This document shows positions 1 to 12,000 of a stretch of 64,000 bases of DNA, in pieces; positions within the stretch are counted from its first letter, which is position 1, and each line of letters starts with the position of its first letter. The notes beneath the pieces are model-generated. The model was not told where the DNA came from. It searched no databases and saw nothing but the letters and a program-made list of their open reading frames with translations. The stretch lies in NCBI RefSeq assembly GCF_009914755.1, contig NC_060935.1; one strand, 5' to 3'. The DNA comes from the human T2T-CHM13v2.0 reference genome, Homo sapiens. A program made the translations under genes and the position numbers.

Positions 1-744
1 ATAGATAACCAGGAGGACATTAATGATTTCTTGGTAGTTTGCTATCCCCATGGTAGAAAGCACTTTAGTTGTATACTGCTGACACTCCATCTATACATTG
101 GTTTAAGATATTTAGCTTGATGGTGTATGGGCTGCAAGGGTTTTTCAGTCTGTAGAGCATTTGCCTAAAATCTGTTACTATAAAAGGAGGGTTGTCATTA
201 TCAGAATCCAAAGACTTGCTAAAGCAACAAAAGCAGCAAAGAACTGTAGGCAAATTCACAAGTACAGCTTATACTTCTTCAGTGAATTCTAAGTGTTAAC
301 TCTTGCCTGGTTTGGAAGTCTGTTATGTGAAAATATTGGCCTGATCTTCTCTTCCTACCATAAAATGCAAAAATGTAGAATTTTTAGCTCATTTGTTCAA
401 AGTCGTATACCTTCCTTGATACCCAGTTATGATTATAGTGGAGATAGAAGACTAATTCCAGCATACAGATGCCAAGAGTTGATAATGGACACGTAAATGA
501 AACAGTGAATTAACGTTTTAGTTTTTTGGTTGTGACTTTAGCTCTGATTACTTCATTATCAGAGAAGGCAGCTGTGAAACAGGAAATAAATGCACTAACT
601 CTGTCTTATTATATAATCACTTGTATGGATTGTGTTTTTTTGTTGTTTTGGGTGGGTGTTTTTGGTTTTCTTTCCTTGTTTTTTACCTATGAGATGTTTA
701 AGCTCCCTGTGGGCATGCAACTTGATTTATCAAGACAGTGAATT

Positions 745-980
745 AAGGTAGTGTGGGAAAGCTCAGATGTTAAATTCAGGTGTGCCTGTGATTGTATTTT
801 GGTACTGTTCACAGAGCTTAGATGGGCTATTGAACCTCTCTGGATCCCCTTTCTCTCATCTGTGAAGTGGGGATAACAATTCCTACCATAGGGTTGGTAT
901 AAAGAGTAGATTAAATGACAGGTGAAGCATGCTCAGGACGCTGTCTGTTAGACAGTACATGTTCCATGAATGGTAGCCAT
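745..980 (+). mobile_element. MIR SINE
   Basis: MIR core-like tctcatctgtgaagtggggataacaattcctacc and a 3' end like catgaatggtagc. Confidence 0.65.
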
Positions 981-3171
981 GGTCAGCATGGAATGTCTTA
1001 GTCATCTCTGTATACAAGCATCTGTTTGGCACTCAGGAAACAAGGGACGCTTAATAAGTGTGTGAATGAATGCTTACATTAAGAGACGTTATTTCACTCC
1101 TCAATGAGACCTTGAAGGGGAGAGAATTAACATGCAAGACAGAGCATGGATGTAGAGACAGGAAGAAGGCATGCTCGGCTTCTTTTCGTCTGCATGAGCG
1201 TTGCCACGTTAAATTAACTTTGATCCTCCTTTTCTTCATCTGGAAAATGGGGTTAATAAACTTGCCTCACAGATAAACTGCATGGAAGGCCTGGCACACA
1301 GAGATGCTGGTAACCTATTGCTTGCCCTTTCCCTCTTTTCCATCTACTTCCTCCTCCCCTTGTCCTCCACAAACACACTGCCAGTTCCCTTTCTTTTCCT
1401 GGACTGGCTCCAGCAGTTTGAAAAGCTTATAGCACTTCGATTATTCTTGAAAGATACATCTACTTAAATAATCCTATAGTCCTGGCTTAATTATGTGTGA
1501 ATCTTTATCTTGCTTGCTGAAGAGTATTATTTGCCTCCCTTTTGATCTTGAAATGCTTCTGTGTTCAGGGCTGGATGGTTCTGATAAAAGTCTCCCAAAG
1601 AGAACACAGAGAGTGTTTTTTATTTGCAAATCAAAAAAAAATTAAAAAGAAGATGACAAGGCCCAGTAACCAGTGTAAAGACAGTGGATGAGCAATTATG
1701 TCATATGTATGCATAGAATTTGGAACAGCCCAGAGAATGTGGTTAAATGTAATAGTGAAGTCAGTATGAATAACAGATTACAGAGGAATAGACTAGATCC
1801 ATAGGAATGTATATTATTTAGTATCTGTCTTTTTTAACAAACTCATCCATTGTCCTCTGTAACATACAACTCATGTGAATAATTTTTCTTCCTGTCTGAA
1901 GTTCTCATCCCTTTTTATAGTTTTATTTTCTGAGGGAAAAAAATATTGTTCTTTATTAAGTTTTTATAACATTTTCTCTTGCCTTAGGATGCAAATTGAT
2001 TTCTTTGCTGAGAGCACACCCTTAACAGCTTCTTCCTTTGGTAAAGCATCTGCTAAGCATCTGCTTTTAAAATGATGATAATTTCTGGTAGAGAAGAACT
2101 GCAGGCTCATTTCAACCCATTAAACAGTCCACAGTTTCATAATTTAACTTCAAGAAAAATGGAAGTTTCTCTTCTTAGGCATCTCTTTCTGCCACCTTCA
2201 GAGAACTCTACAGGAAGTATCCATGGGCCCTCAAAAAATGGCATGTCTGTGCATAAAAATAGCAGCATGGAGCAGGCATCAGCGTCAGAAGGAGAGTTGA
2301 TGACACCTTCTGTGCTCCAGAGCTCCCAGGAGGCACCACACACAATTAATGCCCTGTGACACAGCTGCTGACCTCTTTCCACTCATTCCTTCCATTCTCT
2401 CATTTGTTCACATTCTTATTCTTATTGTATCAACCTCGATAGTTAATAGATATGCACTCTTTCTGTTTTTACTTCCTTTCATAAAAGCTTTATCGAATGA
2501 CTGTTCAAGGCCTGGCATTGGGCCAAGTACTAAGGTTTTCTTCTTAGAATTAGTGTGGTTTTCCCACTGGACATTTTTTCCTTTGACTTTCACAGTAAGG
2601 TCTCCTAGAGTACTAAACTGCAGATCAAGTAGGGAGCTACTTTCATTAGCTGCTGTCTTGGCATCAAGAAACTGTTATTAATTCGTATATTCCTAACTGT
2701 GCTCTCACGTTATATAGATACAGAAACTGAGACCTAGAAAAGAGGAGAGTGATCCAAGGTCATACAACTACTTCATGGCAGTACCCAGGATAGGTCTTTC
2801 TCTCTTTATGGAACAAATATGGCTACCAATATCCATCAGCTTATTGAAATGTGGCAAATTGAATCATCTTTTCTCGCTCTCATTTTGTAATAATGGATTG
2901 ACCCAGGTGTCAAGTTAACCCAGCCTCAAGGATCAGTCTCTATGCATCTGAAGAGCAGGTTTTCTCTCATACTCTGGTTGTCCATCCACCACCCCCTCAG
3001 CTAATCCTCAGAGCCCGATACTCTGGCCTGCCCCATCCACCCAGCTCTGGACAAGGCTCACTCTGCTGCTGGGCTGTGCCCTGAGCTCCAAGACCAAGCC
3101 CATCTGAGAGGATGCTGTGTCCACATGGTGGGTACCAGCTTGGACTCAGCAGAGGAGTAACTGCAAAGCAC

Positions 3172-3577
3172 GTATTATGGGCTGAATTGTGCACCACCTC
3201 CCACCACCAAAATCCATGTGTTAAAATCCTAACCTCCAGTAACTCAGAATGTGACTGGATTTGGAAAGAAGAGTCTTTAAAGAGGTCATTAAATGAAAAT
3301 GAGGTCACTGGGAAGAGCCCTAATCCAATATGGCTGACTAATGTCCTTATAAGAAGAGGAAATTTGGACACAGATATGTACAGAGGGAAGGCCATTTGAA
3401 GAGAGAGGGAAAAGACAGCTGTCTGTACAAGCCAAGGAGAGAGGTGTTGTAAGAAACCAAGCCCTGTCATTACCTTCTCAGATTCCTAGCCTCCAGAACT
3501 GTGAAAAAACAAATTTCTGTCATTTCAGGCACTTTAGTCTATGTTCCTCGGTTATGCAGCCCTAGCAGACCAGTAAG
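3172..3577 (+). mobile_element. MLT1B-like solo LTR (ERVL-MaLR)
   Basis: Begins tattatgggctgaattgtg; contains cagaatgtgact, ccctaatccaatatg and cctccagaactgtga; ends gcagccctagcagac. Confidence 0.85.
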
Positions 3578-4057
3578 CAGCCAGATTTCATCAACTGGCC
3601 TGTCCCTGCCCCTCCTCACACCACCACCTCACAAGGCTACACAAATGCATCAGACTTTATTAGGGACTGCAGCAACTACAATACAGTAGAAAAACCTCTG
3701 TCTAAATTTGAGGGTTCCCGTGCTTCATGCTCCATATTCCAAGGGAGAATTATCCTCCAAGTTAAAACTCTCCACAGAAGGCCCTCTTGTGGCATACATG
3801 GGTTCCTAACTCCTTCCCTGCCTTCAAGTTTCTAGCTTCCTGAGTGCCTCCTTCCTCCATTCTTCTCAGTGAGTGTTGCCAGCGTACCTTTCTCAGAAAT
3901 CCCAGTGTTTTACCCACAAGAATGCTTCTTGCCCAGGAACAAACCCCTCCTAAGCAGATTTTTTAAAATTCATGTCATTCTTAAATAATCCCCCCAAAAG
4001 GTTTTAGTAGGCTAGTTAGGGATGGCCATTGACATTCCAAGTCTAGCTAAACAAGGA

Positions 4058-6608
4058 GTGGTGATGGTGGTGGTGTGATGATGGTGGTGATGGTGGTGGT
4101 GTGATGGTGGTGGTGATGATGGTAGTGTGATGGTGTTGGTGATGGTGTTGGTGGTGGTGGTGGTGATGGTGGTGGTGGTGATGGTGGTAGTGGTGGTGGT
4201 GGTGATGGTGGTGGTGTGATGGTGGTGTGATGGTGGTGGTGGTGTGATAGTGGTGTGATGGTGGTGGTGATGGTGGTGGTGTGATAGTGGTGTTGGTGGT
4301 GGTGTGATGGTGTGATGGTGGTGGTGTGATGGTGGTGGTGGTGGTGATGGTGGTGGTGTGATGTGGTGGTGTGATGGTGGTGGTGGTGGTGTGATGGTGG
4401 TGGTGTGATGGTGGTAGTGATGGTGGTGGTGATGGTGGGTGATGGTAGTGGTGTGATGGTGGTGGTGATGGTGGGTGGTGGTGTGATGGTGGTGGTGATG
4501 GTGGTGGTGGTTATGGTGGTGGTGGTGGTGAAGGTGGTGGTGTGTTGGTGGTGGTGTGATGGTGGTGTTGGTGGTGGTGTGATGGTGACGTGATGGTGGT
4601 GGTGGTGATGGTGGTGGTGTGATGGTGGTGGTGGTGTGATGGTGGTGATGGTGGTGGTGTGATGGTGGTGGTGGTGTGATGGTGGTGATGGTGGTGGTGT
4701 GATGGTGGTGGTGATGGTGTTGGTGTGATGATGGTGGTGTGATGGTGGTAGTGATGGTGGTGGTGTGATGGTGGTGTGATGGTGGTGGTGATGGTGGTGG
4801 TGTGATGGTGGTGATGGTGTGTTGGTGGTGTGATGATGGTGGTGTGATGGTGGTGTTATGATGGTGGTGTGATGGTGGTTGTGATGGTGGTGGTGTGATG
4901 GTGGTGGTGTGATGGTGTGATGATCATGGTCGTGTGATGGTGGTGTGATGGTGGTGTGATGGTGGTGGTGGTGGTGTGATGGTGGTGGTGGTGTGATGGT
5001 GGTGGTGGTGTTGGTGGTAGTGTGATGGTGGTGTGATGGTGGTGGTGGTGTGATGGTGGTGGTGTGATGGTGGTGGTGGTGGTGGTGTGATGATGGTGGT
5101 GGTGGTGGTGTGATGGTGGTGATGGTGGTGGTGTGATGATGGTGGTATTGGTGGTAGTGTGTTGGTGGTGGTGATGGTGGTGGTGTGATGATGGTGTGTT
5201 GGTGGTGGTGATGGTGGTGGTGTGATGGTGCTGTGATGGTGTGATGGTGGTGGTGTGATGGTGTTTGTGGTGGTGGTGTTGTGGTGGTGGTGGTGGTGGT
5301 GGTGTGATGGTGGTGGTGGTGGTGGTGGTGTGATGGTGGTGGTGGTGGTGGTGTGATGGTGGTGGTGTGATGGTGGTGTTGGTGGTGGTGTGATGGTGGT
5401 GGTGTGATGGTGGTGTGATGGTGTGATGGTGGTGCTGTGATGGCATTGGTGTTGGTGGTGGTGTGATGGTGGTGGTGTGATGGTGATGGTGTGATGGTGT
5501 GGTGATCATGGTGTGATGGTGGTGGTGGTGGTGTGATGGTGGTGTGACGGTGTGATGCTGGTGATGTGATGGTGTGGTGATCATGGTGGTGTGATGGTGT
5601 GATGATGGTGGTGTGATGGTGGTGGTGATGGTGGTGGTGTGATGGTGGTGGTGATGGTGGTGGTGTGATGGTGGTGGTGTGATAATGGTGGTGGTGGTGT
5701 AATGGTGGTGATGGTGGTGGTGTGATGATGGTGTGTTGGTGGTGGTGATGGTGGTGTGATGGTGGTGGTGTGATGGTGCTGTGATGGTGTGATGGTGGTG
5801 GTGTGATGGTGCTTGTGGTGGTGATGTGATGGTGGTGGTGTGATGGTGGTGGTGGTGGTGTGATGGTGGTTGTGTTGGTGGTGGTGTGATGGTGGTGGTG
5901 TGATGCTGGTGGTGTGATGGTGGTGTTGGTGTGATGGTGATGTGATGGTGGTGCTGTGATGGTGGTGATGGTGGTGGTGTGATGGTGGTGTGATGGTGTG
6001 GTGATCGTGGTGGTGTGGTGGTGTGATGGTGGTGGTGTGATGGTGGTGTGATGGTGGTGGTGTGATGGTGTGATGGTGTGATGGTGGTGGTGTGATGGTA
6101 TGGTGATCGTGGTGGTGTGATGGTGGTGTTGGTGGTGGTGTGATGGTGGTGTGATGGTGTAGTGATCGTGGTGGTGTGATGGTGGTGTGATCGTGGTGGT
6201 GGTGGTGGTGGTGTGATGGTGTGATGGTGGTGGGTGATGGTGCTGTGATGGTGTGATGGTGGTGGTGATGGTGGTGGTGTGATGGTGTTGGTGTTGGTGG
6301 TGGTGTGATGGTGGTGGTGATGGTGGTGGTGTGATGGTGGTAGTGATGGTGGTGGTGTGATGGTGGTGGTGGTGGTGTGATGGTGGTGGTGATGGTGGTG
6401 GTTTGATGGTGGTGGTGTGATGGTGGTGATTGTGGTGTGGTGGTTGTGATGGTGATGGTAGTGGCAGTGATGGTGATGGTGGTGGTGGTGGTGGAGGAGA
6501 TGACAGTTGTGACTATAGTGGTGGCAGTGGTGATGATGGAGATGAGGGTGGTAGTGACGACTGTGATGGTGGAGATGGTGTTAATGGTGGTGGTGGTAGT
6601 AATGGTGG
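4058..6608. repeat. ~2.55-kb G/T-rich tandem/low-complexity repeat built from TGG, TGA and TGTGA units
   Basis: Directly visible, with very little C; typical unit GGTGTGATGGT(GGT)n; the 3' ~180 bp is degenerate. Confidence 0.97.
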
Positions 6609-8859
6609 CATGCTTATGAGATGGGAGTGAGGTTTACTATTCCTAATTTTACAGAACTGTCCAGGTTAGTATGGGCCCTTAAGAATAATCCTTTCTGAGA
6701 TCTTCCCACCAGTATAAATTGCAGATGTACCACTTAAATTTCCCTATTATCTGAAGAGTAAATATTGAATCTGATGCAGAAAAACAAACCTTTCAGAGCA
6801 AATATTAATTCTCAGAGCTAGTACATTCAAAACAGAGATTACAAGATGCCATGGGTCTGGGTAGGTCAGTAATTCAGAGAAGCAGCATGTGTGGGAGCGG
6901 TGGGGATGTGGACGGGGAGGAACAGTGGATTCTACCTGCCCCTTCTCCTAAAAAGGCACTGCCAGCAGCAGGTGTGGAAGCAGGTAGGCCCAGTATCAGC
7001 AGGAAGTCTTAATTTGTTTCCCAAAAAAAAAATCACATTTACATTCCACATCTCTCTATATTACATGTTGACAACTCCATCATTTTTTTTAAAACACTGT
7101 CAGCCAACGAACCCCTGTTTTGCAACAGTTGATAGAAAGGAAGACTTCTTACTTGCCTCATAATTTGTAATCCTCTCAGAATGAAGTAAGTAATTCACAT
7201 ATTTTGTGGGATGTAATTAGTTTCTTATCTTCCCTTCACCTCATGTCTTTAAAAATGTACCCATCTTTTAAAATGTGCATATAAAAATAAATAAGAAATG
7301 AGCCTATGGCTGAGTCTTAAGAGACTCTGTTGACATTGGAAATTACCACATATGAAGACTTGGTTGGGATCTCAGCTGAACATTGTCCGCACAGGCATTT
7401 CTATCTGAGCCAAGGAACGGAAGGGTGCTGTGGATCTTTGGGGTACCTCAAGTTGTGTGAGCATGTCATCTGGCAGTAGCTCTTCACTTTTTAACTTTGC
7501 TTTTCTGTGCTCCTGGTTGACCTACTCATTAATAAGCTGCAGGCAAACACTTATATATATTGGGAGAGTTGTCTGGAATAAGTCTTTGATTCCATAAATA
7601 GCCACCTCTAATTTACCTGTTTGTGAAAGGTTGTGTTTATTTTGTTTCTCCTTAAACCTGAACACTAATTAGTAGAGCAGCGGTAGATGAAACCAGTTCA
7701 CTTGGATCTAGGGAGGTCCTTCCACCCAGTGGCTCCGCCTGGCAATGGAAATGAGCCAGTTTTGACTGCTCTGCTCACCCATGGTGCACAGGCAGATAAT
7801 TGCTTTGGGCAGGTCACAGCTTGTTGAGCTGTGCACACAGGCCTTAGGGAGCTGAGACTCTGCTTTGTTTTCACTTGTGGATGGGAACGTGGTGCTATGT
7901 TGCTGCTTCCTTTTAGTCTTCTGAGCCAAGCAGCTGTAATAGCCTCAACCTCTGGCTGAGTTCTGGGGGTTGGTGGGAGGGAGCCTATTACCCTGAAGGG
8001 TTGGTATTGCACAACTGGCTTCTACCTTCTTGGAGAAGAGGTTAGGAGTTTCCTGCATGGCTCTGAACAATCATGAGAACTCCTGACTGTGAATCCCCCA
8101 TCCTAGGAGCCCAGACTGGCTTCTTCCCCGTAGTGCAATGATGGTAAATTGACTCTCTGCCCTTTACTTCCATAGCTCCTTTTCCTTCTTTCCTTTGTGT
8201 TGCTTTCCTAGTTTATTTTATGACACACACTCTCTGAGCTACAGAATGATCTGTCCAGTCTAATTTTATCGAGGCCTTCAGAAACCACTGAAGCTCATGC
8301 CTAATGTCAGATGTGTTTGACCCAGTTGAGGACTTCATATCTGTCTGTGGGAAAATTTAAAATGTAATGACAGCAAGTTTAAAATATGGAATTCAACTCA
8401 AGTGCTTCTATTAATAATCAGGAAAAACTACTTTGGCATGCTTCCTGCCTGCAGCAGACAGCTTTGTTCAAATGAGCTGTTGTTTCAAGACCTTTCAAGT
8501 GCCTTGCTTTTGTGGCAAATTGGGAGCTACCAACCTCATCTATTTTGTGGCAATACTGGTTTACTGAAATACCAAGAGAGTTGTCAGCGTAAGGATGTAG
8601 AACATTGTCATGAAAATAAGTCAGGAGAGCCCTGCACGTCAGAGCCAAGGAAAATAGTTTAGAATCTTGGAACAATACCAGCCTTCAAAATGGGGAAAAC
8701 CTATAATAAGTTTGGTTGTTTAATTTTTGGGAGTGTAGAACTGTAAGGATGTTACACAATTATTCAATCAAACAGTGAAAAAAATCTCTTATAAGACACT
8801 GTCCTAATTGTGATCATCCCTTTACATTTATATCAAACTAATATATTATAAATGTAGAT

Positions 8860-9060
8860 AGAGATGGTTAATGCACAAGATATGGAGACAGACATAGTAA
8901 CTCACTAGCTGTGTGACCTACAGCCAAATTACTTAATCTAAACCTCCGTCTCTTTACCTATAAAATTGGGACAATAATAATACCTTTATAAGATTTGGTG
9001 AGGATATTTACACTGCACATGCATTGCACATGTTAAGTGTTTAATATGTTAGCTATTATA
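8860..9060 (+). mobile_element. MIR SINE
   Basis: cactagctgtgtgacct...ttacttaatct...tataaaattgggacaataataatacc. Confidence 0.7.
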
Positions 9061-12000
9061 ATTAGAAGCTTTAAAATTTTCCCTGTGATTCCTGAAGCAG
9101 TCATCTTGTGACAAAATTCAGAACACTTAAGGCCTTGTATTATGCATTGTATTTATAGCTTGGTTCATAGTTGTTGAATATACTTATGATACTTTAATAA
9201 GATAGCATCTATGAATGAGCCTACAGAAGTTCCTGGCACATGGTATGCACTCAAAAATATATTAATTTTTTTGGCCCTTTTCTGAAGAAAATCCCAAAAG
9301 CTTAGAGATTTATCAGCTTCCGCTGGCCACCATCCACTTAAATAAGCTGTAAACATGTAAGTTGCAATAGCTTATTCTCCTAAGACAGGCTAATGAGTCA
9401 ACCGTGGGTCTGGCATGGCTATGATGAAGGTCATTAGATCTCTACTATTGGATCCACAGTCTTTCCCTCTGGCTTTCTAAACCAGTATCCAATAGGTAGA
9501 CCGAGGCACCCAAGCTCCAATAATAGAGCAGTAGCATTTCCAAGCATCCAGGAGCTCCATAAATTAGTCTTACGACTAGGATGGGACAAATAACTAATTT
9601 CCCCCGGCCAGCCATGTTCAGGCCTGTCCAGCCTTATCACTAACCCCTAAGCTTTCTCCCGGAATCATAACCCCTTTAAGGTCTTAAATTGTGTTTATTT
9701 GTTAATGCAGTCAATGTGTTTAACATTTAGACATCTAATGGGAATTTTTTTATGTTTCATTCAAATGTCAAAACCTCAATCGTGTAGAAATACGAAACTG
9801 GATGTGACTGTTTAGGAGATGTTCGATGGAGGTAGCCCACAGCATGGTTAATATTCAGCAGCAGATATCATCATTTGAAAATCATTGCCCTGGGTAGTTT
9901 CAAACTCCGCCTCTCCTTTAGGCTATTCTTAGCTTCATTAGCAAGCTGCAAGATGAGCTCCACTGAGATTTCTAATCCTCTGTCTTCCTGGCCCTACCTT
10001 TAGTGAAGGTCACCCGTAGGAGGAAGGGTCAGATTACTCCGCTTTGTACCCCAGCACCTAAAACAATGCCAGGGATGTAATAGGCACTTGATGAATGTTG
10101 GCTGAGTGGAAGTTTAGGGCTCCAGGTAATCCACAACCCAGGTAATCCATGCTTTGCAGGATATAGTGATATGTACTGTCCAGAGATCCACAAAATATAC
10201 ACTAAGCACACAGAGGAGGCACCTAGGTGGGAAGTTTGAGGAGCCCTTGGGGTGCCAGCTGATATGCAGAACAGGGAAGGGCTTTCTCCCACCGCATCCC
10301 AGTCTGTACTGAGGTGGCTTGCCAACCCCAGCTCCTGTTTGGAGCCTAAAAGCAGTTCCTAAATCACATTACCTCCGATCATCCTTGGGAGATCATAAAT
10401 ACATAATTCAGAAGAAAGATCTTAGATTTTTCATGATGTACCCATTATAATTCCTGGCATGCCACTCTAGAGTTTTAAAGATGCTGATAAGTCTTGAAAT
10501 TAGATGTAGGGCTAAGCTCCAGGCTAACGTATACCTTGCTGTTATGTAATTGAAATAAAATCTACTTTTAGGTGACTACTTTCAAATAAAATAGAAAAAT
10601 GTCAATATTTTAAAAAATGCATAAGTACTCATTAGTAGCCCTCTTAAGAAGCTTCACAAAGACAAAGCACTTTAAACTAAGCAACCAGTACTACAAAGTA
10701 GACTGAGCGATCCAGTGTTCTGACTTTCCCCATATTGAGAGAGGCTTAATTTGTTCTTGCTTTGTTTTTGAATTGAAGGCTATGAAAGCAAATTTTGATC
10801 CCATAGGATACCAAATGACTGAGATTTTCTCTTCATGGTATATGGCATTCTTCTTGTCACTGCAAATAACTTTGGCAAAGTCTCAACTTTGCATGTCCCA
10901 TCTTTGCCCTCCAAGGCCTAAGAACCTCTTCTCATTAGGTGAGAAAGTCAGAAAGGCTGCAGTCAAATTTAAAGCAATATTACAGCCTTGTTGGCAGGGA
11001 GACATAACCGCAGCAGACAGACTCTTGAGGTATGCAGGAATTAGAGATGCGCTTGTTTGGTATCAGCCAGAACAGAATGGGATTTTTTATTTAGCATTTT
11101 TTACAACAGAAGGTGTTGTTCTGTCTCTATCAGCAGTAGCCAGGGCATGCTTGCTTCATCTCTGAATGAAGAATTACAAATATCTCTGCGCAAGGCCGTG
11201 ACAGACCCATGATGTGTGCTTTGATACATGCACAAAACCATTTACCCGTCTTCAAAAATGATGCTTCCAGAAGCAATTCATTTAAAAGTTCCTGTCATGC
11301 CACAAGGGCATCAACATGTAAGGAAGAGTGAACTCAGTTTCTCATGGTGTAAAGCAAGTACACACCTAGGTGAAAGGGAGAAAAAGCCTATTCCAAAACT
11401 CCTCTTTTAGAAATTACATAGTGCCTATGGTAGGATTTTTAAAAATACAATTATTTCCGATTATAGAAATATGAGAATCATGTAACTATGATCATATATG
11501 ATACATGTTCATTGTAAGAAAATTTAACAAAAACAGAGAAGACAAAGATAAATGAATAAAAACATTTAATAATATTCATAGTTTTTCCATAAATTGATGA
11601 TTGTGTTTTAAATTTTGGTAAATAATCTTTCAGAACTTTCTTTTACATTTATGTATATATGTATACACATATATTTCATATAATCCTACATAAAATTTGT
11701 GAAGAAATCTAATAAATACTTTATATAGTTTCATATCCTTGCTTATTTGTTATGGACATTTTTCTATATTAATATATTTACATTCAATATGTTACTTTTT
11801 TCCATTGCATGGGATCTCATTAAATAGCAATCTAGGGTAGAGTTGCCAATGACCTTAAGTAGGAACCATCTATCACTTTTTCTAGAATATTGCATGAATA
11901 TAGCCCAGCCCCCCAGGAGGCCCTAGTGATACTTCTGTAGTGTTGGTTTGGTGCCCAGTTTCAAGCCATTTACTAGCCTTCACTTCTGCCTGTGGATCAG

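Noticed and set aside
4856-5584. 242-aa His/Thr/Pro-rich ORF, and the Val/Met- or Gly/Asp-rich ORFs at 4405-4593 and 6430-6630
   Set aside because: Direct consequence of translating the TGG/TGA repeat; no splice or promoter context.
4058-6608. CRISPR array or telomeric repeat
   Set aside because: No repeat-spacer alternation and no TTAGGG units; it is a low-complexity tandem repeat.
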